DNA of 63,430 bases, filler included, from Neolecta irregularis DAH-3 (GCA_001929475.1; 27 parts of 27 records of this genome joined end to end with filler, not necessarily neighbours in it), one strand, 5' to 3'. Numbered from the whole stretch's first letter, positions 1 through 13,273 are shown. Notes: generated by a model not told the origin, from the letters alone. Translations and numbers: made by a program.

Positions 1-622
1 CTATGATACCGCAACTTGGTTCCAATCGATTTGTTCAACTTCCTCATCGACTACCGGAGCATGAACGTCTATCTACTCAAGGACCTTGAACCACTAGGAT
101 GGCTTCATACTCAGAGCGGTGAAGTGTCTTATCTCTCTCTTCTGTTGACGCCACATTCCATGCTCGCTTGATGAAGGAGCACAAAGAATTGGACGCAAGG
201 ACTACTACGATGACGGTATCATTTGCGTCCGGAAGTGTCAGTTTAGCCGCCTATGCCATCACTCCCGAAGGTTAATGGGGTGCTAAGAATCAAGACATGG
301 GCGGCAATCCTCAAGGTTTTAGTCCTTCGATAGTATGTCGAATGTGCCTGCAACAAGGGCTGACTTTTCCAGGCTGACAAGTTCCAGCTTCTTATTTCCA
401 ACAGAATTATGGGTTATTTCCTTGTTCCGGTATGTCCAGTTTAGTCTTGACTTTTGGTCTTATGCCTTCAAAGGTGCTGTCTGGACCAAGATGCCATTTT
501 CCATGAAACTTGACAATCCAATTCCTTTCTATACCGCACCGCATCGTACAGGGCATTTCTTGTCATTTACTGGACTGGAAGAACAGGAAACGGAAGGAGA
601 CCGGAATGATGCATTTGCCTAA
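1..622 (+). pseudogene. PRP8: PRP8 C-terminal (Jab1/MPN-PROCT) duplicate, frameshifted
   Basis: Close copy of the reverse complement of 33559-34209, with the same intron (gtatgtcg...ttccag). It carries a 4-nt insertion (atgaac-gtct-atctac), further indels and an in-frame TAA (gaaggttaa). Ends ...[11 protein letters not shown]. Confidence 0.9.
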
Positions 623-838
623 GATATATAGTTTTGCGAGGCTTTGAAAGTTGTATGAAGCTTTTGTCAATGAATGTTGTTCACATTTGATTTCAAAATT
701 ACTGAAGTGGTTTTCACCGAGTCCCACGGGGAGATATAGATTGCGATTAAAACATCACGCTATTTTGTATATAACGACTGATAGATTCTATTCACTATTA
801 TATGATCTGGTTTGATACTACTTGTGTTGGTTTTGCAG

Positions 839-926
839 TCACTGCTACGACAGCAGCAATGCATTCAATCTCGACATCGACATTCTTTGGAAGTGTTTTG
901 CATTACACATGCTGTTTGGTTAACTT
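839..926 (-). pseudogene. 3' remnant of RidA/Mmf1 gene (last exon), co-duplicated with PRP8
   Basis: Matches the reverse complement of about 33255-33345 (LPKNVDVEIECIA), with indels. Confidence 0.8.
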
Positions 927-1072
927 GCGAGCATAGTTTTACTTTATTGTTTCTGGAGGCGGAGGAGGTACAGTAGGTGATGAGGGCAGCAATGGGGGCT
1001 ACCTAGTCTTTACCCGACAAGCATTCCGGGTGAGCAAGGGCTGGGGTGTTACCGTGCCAGGCGTATAGTTGG

Positions 1073-1106
1073 CTAAACCCTAACCCTATAACCCTAACCC
1101 TAAACC
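1073..1106 (+). repeat. Degenerate interstitial (CCCTAA)n telomere-like tract
   Basis: ctaaaccctaaccctataaccctaaccctaaacc. Confidence 0.7.
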
Positions 1107-1492
1107 TTTCCGGCAGGCGGGCGGGCAGGTAGGTGGCTCGTCTTTTTTGACAATTAGGATAGGTGCAATACAATACTCACTAAATAACCAAAATTACTAA
1201 CATAAAATGATTTCTATCTGGTCATTTCTTTTCATTGGTGAAGTATGCTTCACATACAAAGTTCACGCCGTATCATCCTGATCTATGTGTCACGTGATCC
1301 GTGACAAAACTTGCGAGTGCAATTTTCAGAAAATGGAAATCAATTCACAATTGAACTGCTAACCAACGTATTCAAACGAAAGAAACACTATCGGGATCAG
1401 AATTTAAAGGCAAAACTAATGGTCTTCCAACAAATTCAATACAAGAAAGTCAAAGGGAGACCTTTGAAGAAACATCACATGGAGGAAACCAG

Positions 1493-1592
1493 NNNNNNNN
1501 NNNNNNNNNNNNNNNNNNNNNNNNNNNNNNNNNNNNTTAATTAATTAANNNNNNNNNNNNNNNNNNNNNNNNNNNNNNNNNNNNNNNNNNNN
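1493..1592. other. Artificial contig-joining spacer (N-TTAATTAATTAA-N), first of about 26 copies
   Basis: The identical 12-mer, with stops in all frames and flanked by Ns, recurs throughout the window. Confidence 0.98.
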
Positions 1593-4221
1593 TCATATTG
1601 ATCTCGAGAAACCGCGAACCTCTAAACAACCTGCAATGGACATTAGCTCCTTGGAACCTAGTCTAACCCCATACATCCCCGAACCCATCGCTCCTCCAAA
1701 ATTGGTTGTTGCAACTAATGAAGAAATGGATTTCTTTGCCAAAGTCAAATCGCACATCAACAAGCAAACCACTTACAACGAATTCCTCAAGGTCTGTAAC
1801 CTGTATAGTCAAGACATCATCGACAAAAACACTCTTGTTGAGAAAGTCGAAGCATTCATTGGCCAAGACCAACGATTGATGGATTGGTTCAAAAAGTTTC
1901 TCGGATATACCGGGGAAGATCACATCATTGCAAATCAACCAACGCCCGGGCCACGAGTCGATCTCAATTTGTGCAAGGCATATGGTCCATCTTATCGCAA
2001 ACTTCCTCGACCAGAAGCCCAGTTGCCCTGTTCTGGCCGAGATGAAATGTGCTGGGCCGTTCTTAACGATCAGTGGGTGTCGCATCCTACTTGGGCCTCT
2101 GAGGATTCAGGCTTTGTCCATCACAAAAAAAATCAATATGAAGAAGCACTTTTAAAAGTGGAAGAAGAACGATATGAATATGATCTCATGATCGAAGCTA
2201 ATTACCGCACTATCCAACTGTTAGAACCCATCGCTGCGCGAATCTCGGGCATGACAAATGAAGAAAAGACAAATTTCCGATTACCGCTTGGTCTCGGTGG
2301 ACAAAGTGTCTCGATATATCAAAAAGTTATTAAACGCGTGTATGACAAAGACCGGGGTCAAGAATTTATTGACGCCTTGCACGAACATCCAGCTCATGCC
2401 GTTCCCGTCGTTCTCTCTCGTCTCAAACAAAAAGACGAAGAATGGCGTCGTGCTCAGGTATTTTTCGTTGCATTATCACCCACTAACTTTAGCGCGATTG
2501 GAATAAAATCTGGCGAGAATCAGAAGCTAAAGTATTTTACAAATCACTTGATCATCAAGGCGTCAATTTCAAATCGGTGGACAAAAAAGCGATGAATCCG
2601 CGGTCTTTACAACTTGAAATTGAAACAATCAGAAGAGAACAACTAGCCCAGCGAAGCCCATCAAAACGCAAAAAACCCCAATTCGTTTGTAAAATTGATG
2701 ATCCCGAGGTCGTTCAAGATGTTTCAAGATTTCTTGCCGTTTACATGGATACAAATAGTTATTCTTCTTCCGATCGGGATAAATTAGATCTCTTCATATC
2801 TAATTTTTTGCCCTTATTTTTCACCAGAGCTAGTGGCGATGAAATTAAAAGTCCCGTTAAAACCACGCGGAAAAGAAAACCGGAAAATAATTCAACGCTT
2901 CAGAATGTTCTTGGAAAACACCAGACAGGCAAAGAAAGTAAAGAAACTACTCCTGAAATGGGAGAATCGGAAATGGAGGATAGCGAAGCTGACGATGGAG
3001 TTTCTGAGATTGATCCAAGTATTGCGGAACGAGTTGGCGAAACTTGGATTACACATGGTGGAGAAAAACAATTGGAGACTGCATTGTCAAAGAAAGACGA
3101 TGGACCTAGAAAAGTATTCAACTTTTTTGGGAATTCTACTGTTTATATTTTCTTTCGATATTTTCAGGTATATTTTTTCGTCATCGTCACATGTCAACTA
3201 ACTACCCCAGACGATATATACCCGACTCCTTGAATTCAAAAACCTCGAAAGTTTTGCACAAGCAGAACGTGAAAGACGAGTGCCCAATCCTACGGCCGCT
3301 GATCTAGGTCTTCGAAATACCAGATTCGATGAAGTTGAAAGTGCCCTTGTCGCTAGTGGAAAAGCTTATGCATGGCTACTGGAACTATGCGACAAATTAA
3401 TTGAAAATGAATCTGATGCCAATTTTGAAGATTCATTGCGTGTGGTGTACGGTACTAGAGCATATAAAATGTTTACCATTGATAAAGTTGTCGGAATGTT
3501 ATGCAAACAGGTATCTATTTTAAATTGCTTGTGATTGATATTCTAGATTCTGACGATTCTTTCAGATACCAAAGCAGCTCAACTTGTTGTTCTTTTTGAA
3601 AAGGATAAAGGAATGGCGACTACCTCTACTCGACAACAAATGTTGTATCGACTTGAAGCGGAAGAGTTACTTGGTCCTGAAGAACAAGTATATCGCCACG
3701 AATGGGTTTGATATCTTGTCTTTTCACTTTCTGAACAGTAGAATGACGTGGAAAAAACTTTATCAATTCAGATGATTGACAAGGACGATCAAACGCTCAA
3801 TACAGCTGTTACAGCAGAAGACCGGTGGAATTATTATATCGAAACGTATGCACTTGCCTTGCCCACTGAAGGGATCCCTAGGAATCGCATGTCATGGCCC
3901 TTCCTACGCCGCTCCATTCCCGATCCAGAAATTGCATCAACTCGATCAAAATTTGCACACGATCAAATATCAAGTTCCCAAGGCCTCGAAATTAAAATCT
4001 GTTTAAACACTTTTAAAATTTTCTTTTTACCGAATTCAGAAGATTCATTCTTTAGAAAAAGAATGGTGCTGAGAAAGAGTAAAAAGAGATGTGAAGATTG
4101 GATTTCTTGGATTGATGTCCAGTGGAAAAAGGGACTCGATCAAACTACCATCGATAAAATCCTACCTAATGGATCAAATATTTTTGAAAAAGAGGATCAG
4201 GTTATGGGCGGAATGGATTGA
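1593..4221 (+). CDS. SIN3: Sin3 transcriptional co-repressor, 5'-truncated (PAH3, HDAC-interacting domain, Sin3a_C)
   Basis: GPSYRKLP, CSGRDEMCWAVLNDQWVSHPTWASEDSGF and KMFTIDK motifs. Introns at 2458-2492, 3168-3210, 3511-3546 and about 3706-3741 restore the frame. Confidence 0.95.
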
Positions 4222-4525
4222 TTGATAGATTTTCTTTTCCCCTCTTTTCATTTCTGTTTTCAGGTCTTGTGTGTGTTCAGATTGGTTGTTTCATTTTTTT
4301 CTATTTTTTATGTATGTATACGAAATATTCTCGTCGTAATGGCTGTTTACAGTTTTTGACAGGATATAAGCCTGTGAATTGATTACTGGCATTTAAATTG
4401 AATTTGTAGATAAATCAAATGTGGAGGTCTTAAGTTTCTTTCCAACTAATTTTATTGTCTTTTGTTTCTTTCGACATTGGTATATAAAAGTTCATATCGT
4501 TATTTTTCGCTCCAGATTGTATAGC

Positions 4526-5951
4526 TTAGAAACAGCTTTCAAGGCCTGTAATTCGGTTACCTTTGGCCAAATTTTCAACCATTGTTTTTGCTCCTCTGAT
4601 GCAATCGTTAATACCTACTCCAGCAACAGAGTTTCCAATCACACTCAACCTTCCATCGTACTCTTCAAGTATACGACCATGCGTTTCCTTCATCTTCTTC
4701 CAATACCCTACGTGATATTGAGGGATACAATCCTTGTGGTATGAAATATTAATTATGTCAGGCTGGCGTTTAATTCCGAGTTGTTGTTTGATAACAGCAA
4801 GTGATCTCCTTGTTACCTGTTCATCATCAGGTATTCGGTCAACTGTATCATAGTGATATCCACCCATCATAATAGTCAGTTTCGTTCCCCCCGGAAAGAT
4901 TGCGGAATCAAATATCACGCCGAGAAGGCACTCGGGATTTGGTTCCGAGGACGGGACAAGGTATCCAAAACCGTCAACTGGGACTAGATTTTCGGTAGAA
5001 TAATAGAGATTGATAACATGTACAGAGACGGTAGGAAGCCGAGGGAAACAAGGTACCAGTCGAGCTTGAGATAGACAGGGAAATGCGGAAATAACATGTG
5101 AAAAGCTTTTGCCATTGACATCAATCTATCAAAGTGAGTATATTCAAATAAGCTCACGTACTCCAGAGAACGACCTCGCAATATGTTTAACCTCTGTGCT
5201 CGTCTTGATATCTACAGTAGAAATGTTTCTTAGAGTCTCTGTCAGACGGTCCGGAAGAGTTTGCATCCCATCTTTGAACGAATAGATACTTGTATCTTCG
5301 AATCCTTGGATGGTCTTGCTCGTTGCTTTGAGCATACCTTTGATCACACTTCCATGCTCTCTTTCATAGTTCCATAAACTTGGAAAAGTCGATCGAACAC
5401 TGAGCTTTGTGGTATCACCAGCATAGACACCTCCGATGACAGCACTGACCAAATTACTTGCAATTCTGGGGTCAAATCTTCGTGATATGAAATCATGCAA
5501 ACTTTGGTCTTCAAGATTCGACCGAGGTTGAAAAGGTTCTAGAAAAACTGAAGCAAGACCAGCAAGAACAGGCATTTTATAATTTAGAATAATAGAAGCG
5601 AGCGAATGCGGAAGTTTGCAAAGCCGATCCTTGTACCAAATGAATCGATTTTGAGCAGCAGGATGACTTTTAGAAATTTTGACAACTTGGTCTTGTAAAT
5701 GTAATTGTCTTAAAAGTTGTACAGCGTTTTCTTCAGGTCGCAAGGTTCTTGGACCCAGCTCAAACTTTACTCCGTTGGTCGTTGTCGTTTGTATCCATCC
5801 GCCTAAACGAGACGACGATTCAAAGAGTGTTATGCAAGTTCTCGGGGACAGACAAGCAAGATAATAGGCTGCCGAAAGGCCGGATATACCGCCGCCTATC
5901 CCAATAAGTCCATGCAAAATACAATATACCTAAAATCGCTACGGATTTCAT
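4526..5951 (-). CDS. HEM14: Protoporphyrinogen oxidase
   Basis: Spliced N-terminus MKSVAILGGGISGLSAAYYL (intron 5896-5929). Motifs FELGPRTLRP, GFGYLVP, CIPQYHVG and GVGINDCI. Confidence 0.93.
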
Positions 5952-6724
5952 AACAGAACCAGCTAGCGATACCAGGATTCAAATTTGTGTCGCTCAAATA
6001 ATTATTTTGTAATTACGGAATAGCGAAGAAAAGTTCACGGGATCCCTCTACCAATTCTTGAATAATTCGTTGTCGACAATAGCCGATAACTCGGGTGTAA
6101 GCGTATACATACCTCTGGTACAACAGAAGGAAGGAAGATTTGAATTAATATTGCGGCAATTAAATTGTAGTATATAATATAGATAAGCGGTTCATACCTA
6201 GCCAAGTTGCCAATGCTTAGGCTAGAAACAATATGTCGCGCAGATTCCGGTTGTAGAGGTTTTCGGGGGAATTCCGATATATATCAGAATTGATTCTTAN
6301 NNNNNNNNNNNNNNNNNNNNNNNNNNNNNNNNNNNNNNNNNNNTTAATTAATTAANNNNNNNNNNNNNNNNNNNNNNNNNNNNNNNNNNNNNNNNNNNNA
6401 TATTTAAAATATTGACTCAGAATTTCTTCCTTGCAGAGAGGTGATCAAATTTTAATTGGCATCTTCGAAAGACTCGAGACAGAATTTTTAAGTAGGTAAA
6501 TCATCATAAACATGTCTTATAATATGAAAATGCCTATAAGAAAGGCAATCTCATAAGAACTAGTGACAACAGTGCCTCGAATGTCTGGTTATGATGATCC
6601 TGCCTCATGAACAGCTATCTCATTTGCAATGATCATCTCAATGGTTAATGAATTATGGGGATGCAGTGTATTTTCACTTCGACCGATTCTGAAGCAGGTG
6701 ATCTCCGATCTTCGTGGCACCCAG

Positions 6725-7330
6725 GCAACGAATTCCTCATTATAACGAACCCGACCACCTTCCAAAATCAATTTGTATAAGGTCTAACGTGATATCACGA
6801 TAGAACAAATCCTCCTGACAGTCGAGCCTTGCTATAGGGAACCTCCGTACAACGATTTCCTCCTTATAACGAACCCAACTGGTTTCCAAAATTAATTAGT
6901 ATGAGGTATTTTTCTATCATGATTAAATCAACCCACCTGATAACGAGATCAAGACCCTTGAACGCCACGTTCGTTAAAGCAACTTCGACAGTATAACGAA
7001 TATAGAGTTCAAGTGAACTCCACATTCATTATGTATTAGCAGGATCGACTTTATAACAAATTCGACACCCCTAAACACCACATTCGTTATAAGTTCGGCT
7101 GTATAACGAATGTGGCGTTCAGACGCGATGGTGGCCAGGCAAAGCAATCTATTGCTCATTTGTGATAGCAGAATGGCGTTTCATTGTATAATGAATTTCG
7201 CATTAATCTAACGAACTTCGTAGTAAGGTATTCATTCGTTAGACCTCACAAATTAATTTTGGAAGGCAGTTGGGTTCGTTATAAGGAGGAATTCGTTGTA
7301 TTGAGATTCCCTATTACCAGGTTCAAATAA
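6725..7330. mobile_element. Non-autonomous inverted-repeat element, pogo/Tc1-mariner-like
   Basis: A ~90-bp unit at 6819-6908 (cagtcgagcc...cctccttataacgaacccaactg...) is inverted at about 7237-7328, with a partial direct copy at 6725-6790. The TATAACGAA motif recurs. A related end lies at 31810-31860. Confidence 0.65.
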
Positions 7331-8385
7331 ACCAGGTTACGGTGGCTGATCTCATGCTTAATTAGGGAGCTTTCGCCAGCCACCACTTTGACCCAAATAT
7401 CATGATATTAGGTAATTTTGACATATTTCAATTTATCGTGGCGCCCGCCACATTAAATTCCAACGTTTTGTTGTGATACTTTTTTTTGTATCACCTATGT
7501 TCATCTTGTANNNNNNNNNNNNNNNNNNNNNNNNNNNNNNNNNNNNNNNNNNNNTTAATTAATTAANNNNNNNNNNNNNNNNNNNNNNNNNNNNNNNNNN
7601 NNNNNNNNNNCCGGTCTGGTCTGGTCTACTTGGACCGTCTACTTGGACCGTCTATTTGGTCCAGTCGGTTAGGAACACTGATTATATATGTTGTTTGGTA
7701 AAAGGGCTGGTGAATGCAGGCAGTATTTAAGAGTATATTATGCAATACATGAGTGGAAGGAGGGTATTTGTGCGATATTTGCATAAACAGAGTGTTTTGT
7801 GCTTAGTGATTTGGACGGCTTCCCGATTCGATTTAAGGGGAGAAATTATTTGCAGAACCAGGGTCAAACATCACTTGATTGCCTTGATCAGCCTGTTTTG
7901 TCCTCTTTCTCTGGAGAGCCAGCGCTTGGCCCCAGTCTTGCCTTTTGACTCGGTGATCCTTTCTCTCACTGCCTCCATGTCGTATGTTCCGCCAATTGTT
8001 TATATAAAAATTCGAAACTCCTCCTTTTTCACATATAGCTAGCCGAGTCCAGCATAGAGGCCTCTACTTCTGATTATTCAGCAGGTTCAAGCTTCCTGCA
8101 GACCTACAACACACGTAACTACATGTGGCTAGCTGACGGATCTAGCGCCTGTATCAGATCAAATATGTGGTTTAGGAAAATGGTGTTGCATTTAGCTTTT
8201 ACTGGGGTAGGAGGGGCAGGTAACGAATACGATTGTGACCCGTATAATAATCTAAAAATGCAACATATGAACTGATCCTGTCCTGCTCAAGTTTTGTCAT
8301 CGCCATACGGATATAGTATAGCTTCTCAGGGGAGTTCACTTCTTCCAGTCACTTGAAGTGCCTTGGAAAATCCCCAACTTCTTTA

Positions 8386-8703
8386 ATGACACGATATTTC
8401 CTGCGACGCTCCAAGCCATATTTCACACTCATATTCTTTTCACTTTTGATCAATTTCCTTTATGTGCATCTGTTTCATGAAAAGGAACCTTCTTCCAGGC
8501 TCCCTGTTCTAAATGGACAAGCAAATGTCAATTCCAAGCATCGGGCAAATGCTACTTTCGTTACACTCGCTCGAAATTCGGATTTGTATGGGTTAGCTAG
8601 CTCGATCCGACAAGTGGAAGATAGATTCAACAAAAATTTTCATTACCCATGGGTGTTTTTCAACGATGAGCCATTCACAGAAGAGTTCATTAATATTACG
8701 TCT
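8386..8703 (+). CDS. GT15 (KRE2/KTR) alpha-1,2-mannosyltransferase, 5' part
   Basis: Type II TM anchor followed by RANATFVTLARNSDL...VEDRFNKNFHYPWVFFNDEPF. Runs into a gap. Confidence 0.9.
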
Positions 8704-8929
8704 NNNNNNNNNNNNNNNNNNNNNNNNNNNNNNNNNNNNNNNNNNNNTTAATTAATTAANNNNNNNNNNNNNNNNNNNNNNNNNNNNNNNNNNNNNNNNN
8801 NNNCCAGAACTTACAGTGAAAATCCTACATATACACGCTCTCTGCATCTCGCCGGTCTGCCAACTCGCTACCTCTTACTGCGTTTCTCGCTCGAGAGTCG
8901 CGCACCCTCTCACCTCCTTACTCACTCAC

Positions 8930-9740
8930 CCTCCATCTTGCCCGATCGCGTTCCATCTCGCTGCTTGCCCGATTGCTCTCCCTCTGGCTGTGTGTCTGAT
9001 CGCGCTCCATCTGGCAGCTTGCCTAATCTCACTCACTACCTCTGGCCGCCGCTGCAGCTCCACTGCCAGCTCCAGTTCCATCGCATGCGCCAGCGCCATC
9101 GCCAGCTCCATTGCTATCACCCACTCCAGCGCCCTCACCCTTAGCTGTTCCAGCCGCATCTCCTGCTCCAGTTCCATCGCCCGCTCCAGCTATGTCGACC
9201 GCTCCAGCTACATCGCCCACTCCAGCTCAATCGCCCGCTCCAGCTCCATTGCCCGCTCCAGTTACGTCGCCCGCTCCAGTTCCATCGCCCCTCCTACCGC
9301 TCCCGTTCCACCCACCCCTTCCACCAGCCATCGCTCCTGTTCTGCCCGCTTGTCGCTCCTGTTCCGCCCGCCCGTCGCTCCCGTCCCGCTGCTCCCGCCG
9401 TTCCCATTCCGCCCGCCCCTCCTACCGGTCGTCTCTCCCATTCCGCCTGACTGTCGCTCCCGTTCCGCCTATCCTCCCGCCGCTCCCGTTCCAACTTTCC
9501 TCCTGCCGCTCCAGTTCCGCCAGCCCTCCCTCCACTACCACCCCTCCCACCAGCCGTCGCTCCCTTTCCACCGCTCCCATTGCGCCCCTCCCACCGCTCT
9601 CACCGCTCCCACCGCTCCCACCGCTCCCATCGCTTCTGTCGCTCTCGTTCTGCCTGTCGCTACCTCCGCTCCCATTCCGCCTATCCCTCCCGCTGCTCCT
9701 GTTCCACCTGTCCCTCCCTCCGCTCCCGTTCCACCTGACC
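8930..9740. repeat. C-rich low-complexity minisatellite (about 18-bp units such as cgcccgctccagctccat)
   Basis: Tandem gctcc-based units that open ORFs in several frames. Similar tracts lie at 50640-50880 and 58950-59095. Confidence 0.75.
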
Positions 9741-10004
9741 CTAACCATTATTCAGGACGTTTTTTTAGTAAAAGTCCTTGATTGATTGGCTCAATTCACT
9801 TTTTNNNNNNNNNNNNNNNNNNNNNNNNNNNNNNNNNNNNNNNNNNNNTTAATTAATTAANNNNNNNNNNNNNNNNNNNNNNNNNNNNNNNNNNNNNNNN
9901 NNNNTTCAGCAAGTTTGGTTAACTTCACATAACACTGATAAGCGTAACCGCAAAATACGTTTACAGCGGTTATATTCGCTCTTAAAAAATGGCGGCATCA
10001 CCTA

Positions 10005-11019
10005 ATGGGTTTACCGTTCGTTGTATTAACTGATCATGAACCTCTAAAATACTGGCGAACGCAAACCCATTTATCGCGAAGACAATTAAGATGGTTAGAC
10101 TTTTTAAGTGAATTCGACTTTGAAATACAATACATTGAAGGTCGAGTAAATATCGCGGCCGATGCCCTTTCCCGATACTCGGTAGAAGAAGAAACGTTGA
10201 CAACAGTCAACATAGAAGATATTTTCGACGAGACATCATCGGAAACTGGAAGCCGATGGTCAGAAGAGGAAAAGAGACCACTTACTTATAGATCACTATT
10301 CGGGGATACGCCTCTCGAAAGACCAAAACCGAGTAAGACAAACGTAAGCGAAATAACAAGGGGATCTAGAACCGTTTCCGAAAGTGTGGAGTTTCAAGAA
10401 GAAACCCCGACGCTTAGCATTGACGACCGAAGCGAAATAATCCCTAATTGTGATTCGGCACAGAGTATAGAATCTCCGGAAGAAACCCAGATGAATTATA
10501 TCAATAACCGAAGCGAGATTGTGATTAATTTCGCTTCGGTTGAAATATCTCCTGCAGAAAAAAGGGGAATCATTGCCACATACGCAGATGATCCGGTTCT
10601 CGGCCCCGTAAACGAAAATCTGGAACAATTCGAAAGTTATATAAAGAGGGACAGCCTACTTTATATCAGCAACCAGCTCTGTATCCCTAAGATTGCTTCT
10701 CTGCGATCCCGACTACTCCATGCTTACCACGATTGCCAGGGCCACTATAGCTTCGATAAGACGTATAAGGCCATACGTTGTCGACGAAATAACTCTTGGG
10801 TACTTNNNNNNNNNNAGTTAGACTTTTTAAGTGAATTCGACTTCGAAATACAATACATTGAAGGTCGAGTAAATATCGCGGCCGATGCCCTTTCCTGATA
10901 CTCGGTAGAAGAAGAAACGTTGACAACAGTCAACATAGAAGATATTTTCGACAAGACATCATCGGAAACTGGAAGCCGATGGTCAGAAGAGGAAAAGAGA
11001 CCACTTACTTATAGATCAC
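10005..11019 (+). mobile_element. Ty3/Gypsy pol fragment (RNase H end, spacer, integrase Zn-finger start), plus a second variant copy after the gap
   Basis: TDHEPLKY...RWLDFLSEFDFEIQYIEGRVNIAADALSR and LCIP...HAYHD...GH. Confidence 0.88.
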
Positions 11020-11673
11020 NNNNNNNNNNNNNNNNNNNNNNNNNNNNNNNNNNNNNNNNNNNNTTAATTAATTAANNNNNNNNNNNNNNNNNNNNNNNNN
11101 NNNNNNNNNNNNNNNNNNNCCATCGCCCAATCATCGAAAGGAGCACAGAGAGCAGCAAGGGCCGCAGCTCATCCCAGTCAGGCCGGTCACAAGCATCGCC
11201 ACCTTGCAAGGCAACAGAAAGGCGGGCAGGCAGATGACGGCAGCCCATGTGGCGAATCTGTATACAAGTAGCGCCCAGCCGGACTAGCTGGCTAGGCTTT
11301 CACCTGATATTCAATATACGTAGTTACTATTACTCATAGTATCTACGTCGGCATATCCAACCCAAGTCCACATCAGCACCCAACCCCAGGTCGTGTGCAG
11401 ACACAATCGGATCTCAAACTCCATGTAGGCAAATGTGCTTACTACCTTTCTACTTTTATTGCTATCTTATGTTATTCTAATGTATTATGTTGCTGTTCTT
11501 GCCGATGGGTTAATTAGTGGTCTTTCTTTATTATAGAGTTGTTACTAAGCTACGCCTTACACGTTGTATCTACGTATGTTGGAGTTACGGCTAAGCTTAC
11601 TTTGTATCTACGTATATTATAGACTGGTTCTAAGTTTCCTCTAGCTTTTCTCAGTAAAACATGCCGTAGTGGC

Positions 11674-13045
11674 ATGATGTCAAACTCCGCTCTTAACCTT
11701 ATGTTGCTATCATACCTCCGGTTACCGCCACAGCGGTTTGCATTTCCTGCAATTATTTCCAGCCTATGCTTTGTATTAACGGTGCTGTTTCTGCGCCTCT
11801 ATCCATCAGATGATCTGCAATATTCCAGGATCAACACCGACATCGATGCCCCCTTTATTTCAGGCTGCCAGGATCCAATTGCTGCTGCAAAAGCACATCC
11901 TCGAGAAAAAGCCGCAATTGTAATGCTTGCGCGGAATTCTGAATTTTCGGGTATTCTGCGGTCAATTGAATCTATTGAGCAGCGCTTTAATCGCTATTTC
12001 AATTATCCATATGTACTGCTCAACGACAAAAAATTCAATTCGACGATCCGCGCTGCAGTCCGAAACGCAACATCTTCGCTGGTTGAGTTTGGTCAGATAC
12101 CCGAGGCTGTTTGGAATTTTCCTTCCTGGACAAATCGGTCATTAGTCCAAGAAGCAATTGCATTGCAGGGTGACCGTTCTATTTTGTATGGGGGCATGGA
12201 GAGCTACCACAAGATGTGCCGTTTCTATTCGGGCTTCTTTTACAAGCACGAACTGCTTGCAAAGTATGAATGGTACTGGCGTCTCGAGCCAGATGTCTCG
12301 TTCTATTGCGATATCACTTAGTATGCCCTCCTATTCTGTCGTGCCAATACTCTAGCGACCCTTTTGTCTACATGGCTAAACACAACAAGGTCTACGGCTT
12401 CAATATCGCCGTAAAGGAATCAAGCGAGACTGTTCCGAGTTTGTTCCGCTATGTCACTTACTACAAGCGCAAACATAACATTCAGTCAAAAGGCCTGTGG
12501 GAAATGTTTATTACCGAAGAATCCAAACATGGATCTCATAACGACGATTTTGAAGCCATGGAAGCCATGGAAGGCGAATCATACAACTTGTGCCATTTCT
12601 GGAGCAACTTTGAAATTGCCCGCCTCGATTTCTTCCGCAGTCCCGAATACGAGGCCCTTTTTAACACCATTGAAGATAGCGGCGGCTTCTGGAATGAACG
12701 AGTATCTTTGTTTTATCCTACTTGTTTGCTAATTGTCAGTTTGGAGATGCTCCCATACATTCTCTTGCTACAGGATTATTCCTCTCGCCTTCTCAGCTCC
12801 ACTACTTTAGAGACATTGGCTATCGACATTCAGACATTCCTCACTGCCCTGCAAATACTCCCGGAAAACAACTTCCCAGACCGCCAGTCCCGCCAGGGAG
12901 CAATCACAATGCCGAACCCTGGGACAAACCCCGCAAAGGAGGCGTCGGTTGTCGTTGTCAGTGCCCCATAGATCTCCCAGAAATCGAAGTAACAAGTGGC
13001 TCGTGCATCAATCAATGGGTAGATGTAATAGGTGGATGGGTGTGA
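11674..13045 (+). CDS. GT15 mannosyltransferase, KTR5/KTR7-like
   Basis: MLARN, YGGMESYHKMCRFYSGFFYKH, YWRLEPDV, YNLCHFWSNFEIA and GDAPIHSLA. Introns at 12321-12355 and about 12702-12739. Confidence 0.92.
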
Positions 13046-13273
13046 TGAACTTTCTTATTTGGATATTGCCTGCATCAGACGGTTAATTTGCATTGACCTA
13101 GCTTCATGCAATTTTTAACACGCAAGTTATAAGCAATAGGTCACCATGTTTTTGTGGATACATGAGGAGTAATTTTCAGTTCACTAGTGATATTAATGGG
13201 AATATAATTGCTACCAAGGAAAGATTGGTTGGTATACACCACCATAAATTTAATATTTCTATCCTCACCAACA

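Noticed and set aside
1073..1106. Telomerase RNA template
   Set aside because: It has several degenerate repeats rather than about 1.5 units, and no other telomerase RNA elements can be supported by eye.
8816..9785. Long Pro/Ser/Ala-rich overlapping ORFs as real proteins
   Set aside because: They arise in several frames from a stop-poor C-rich minisatellite and show no domain or clear start context.
8353..13045. Two GT15 genes close together as a glycosylation cluster
   Set aside because: They are on different contigs separated by linkers, so the proximity is artificial.
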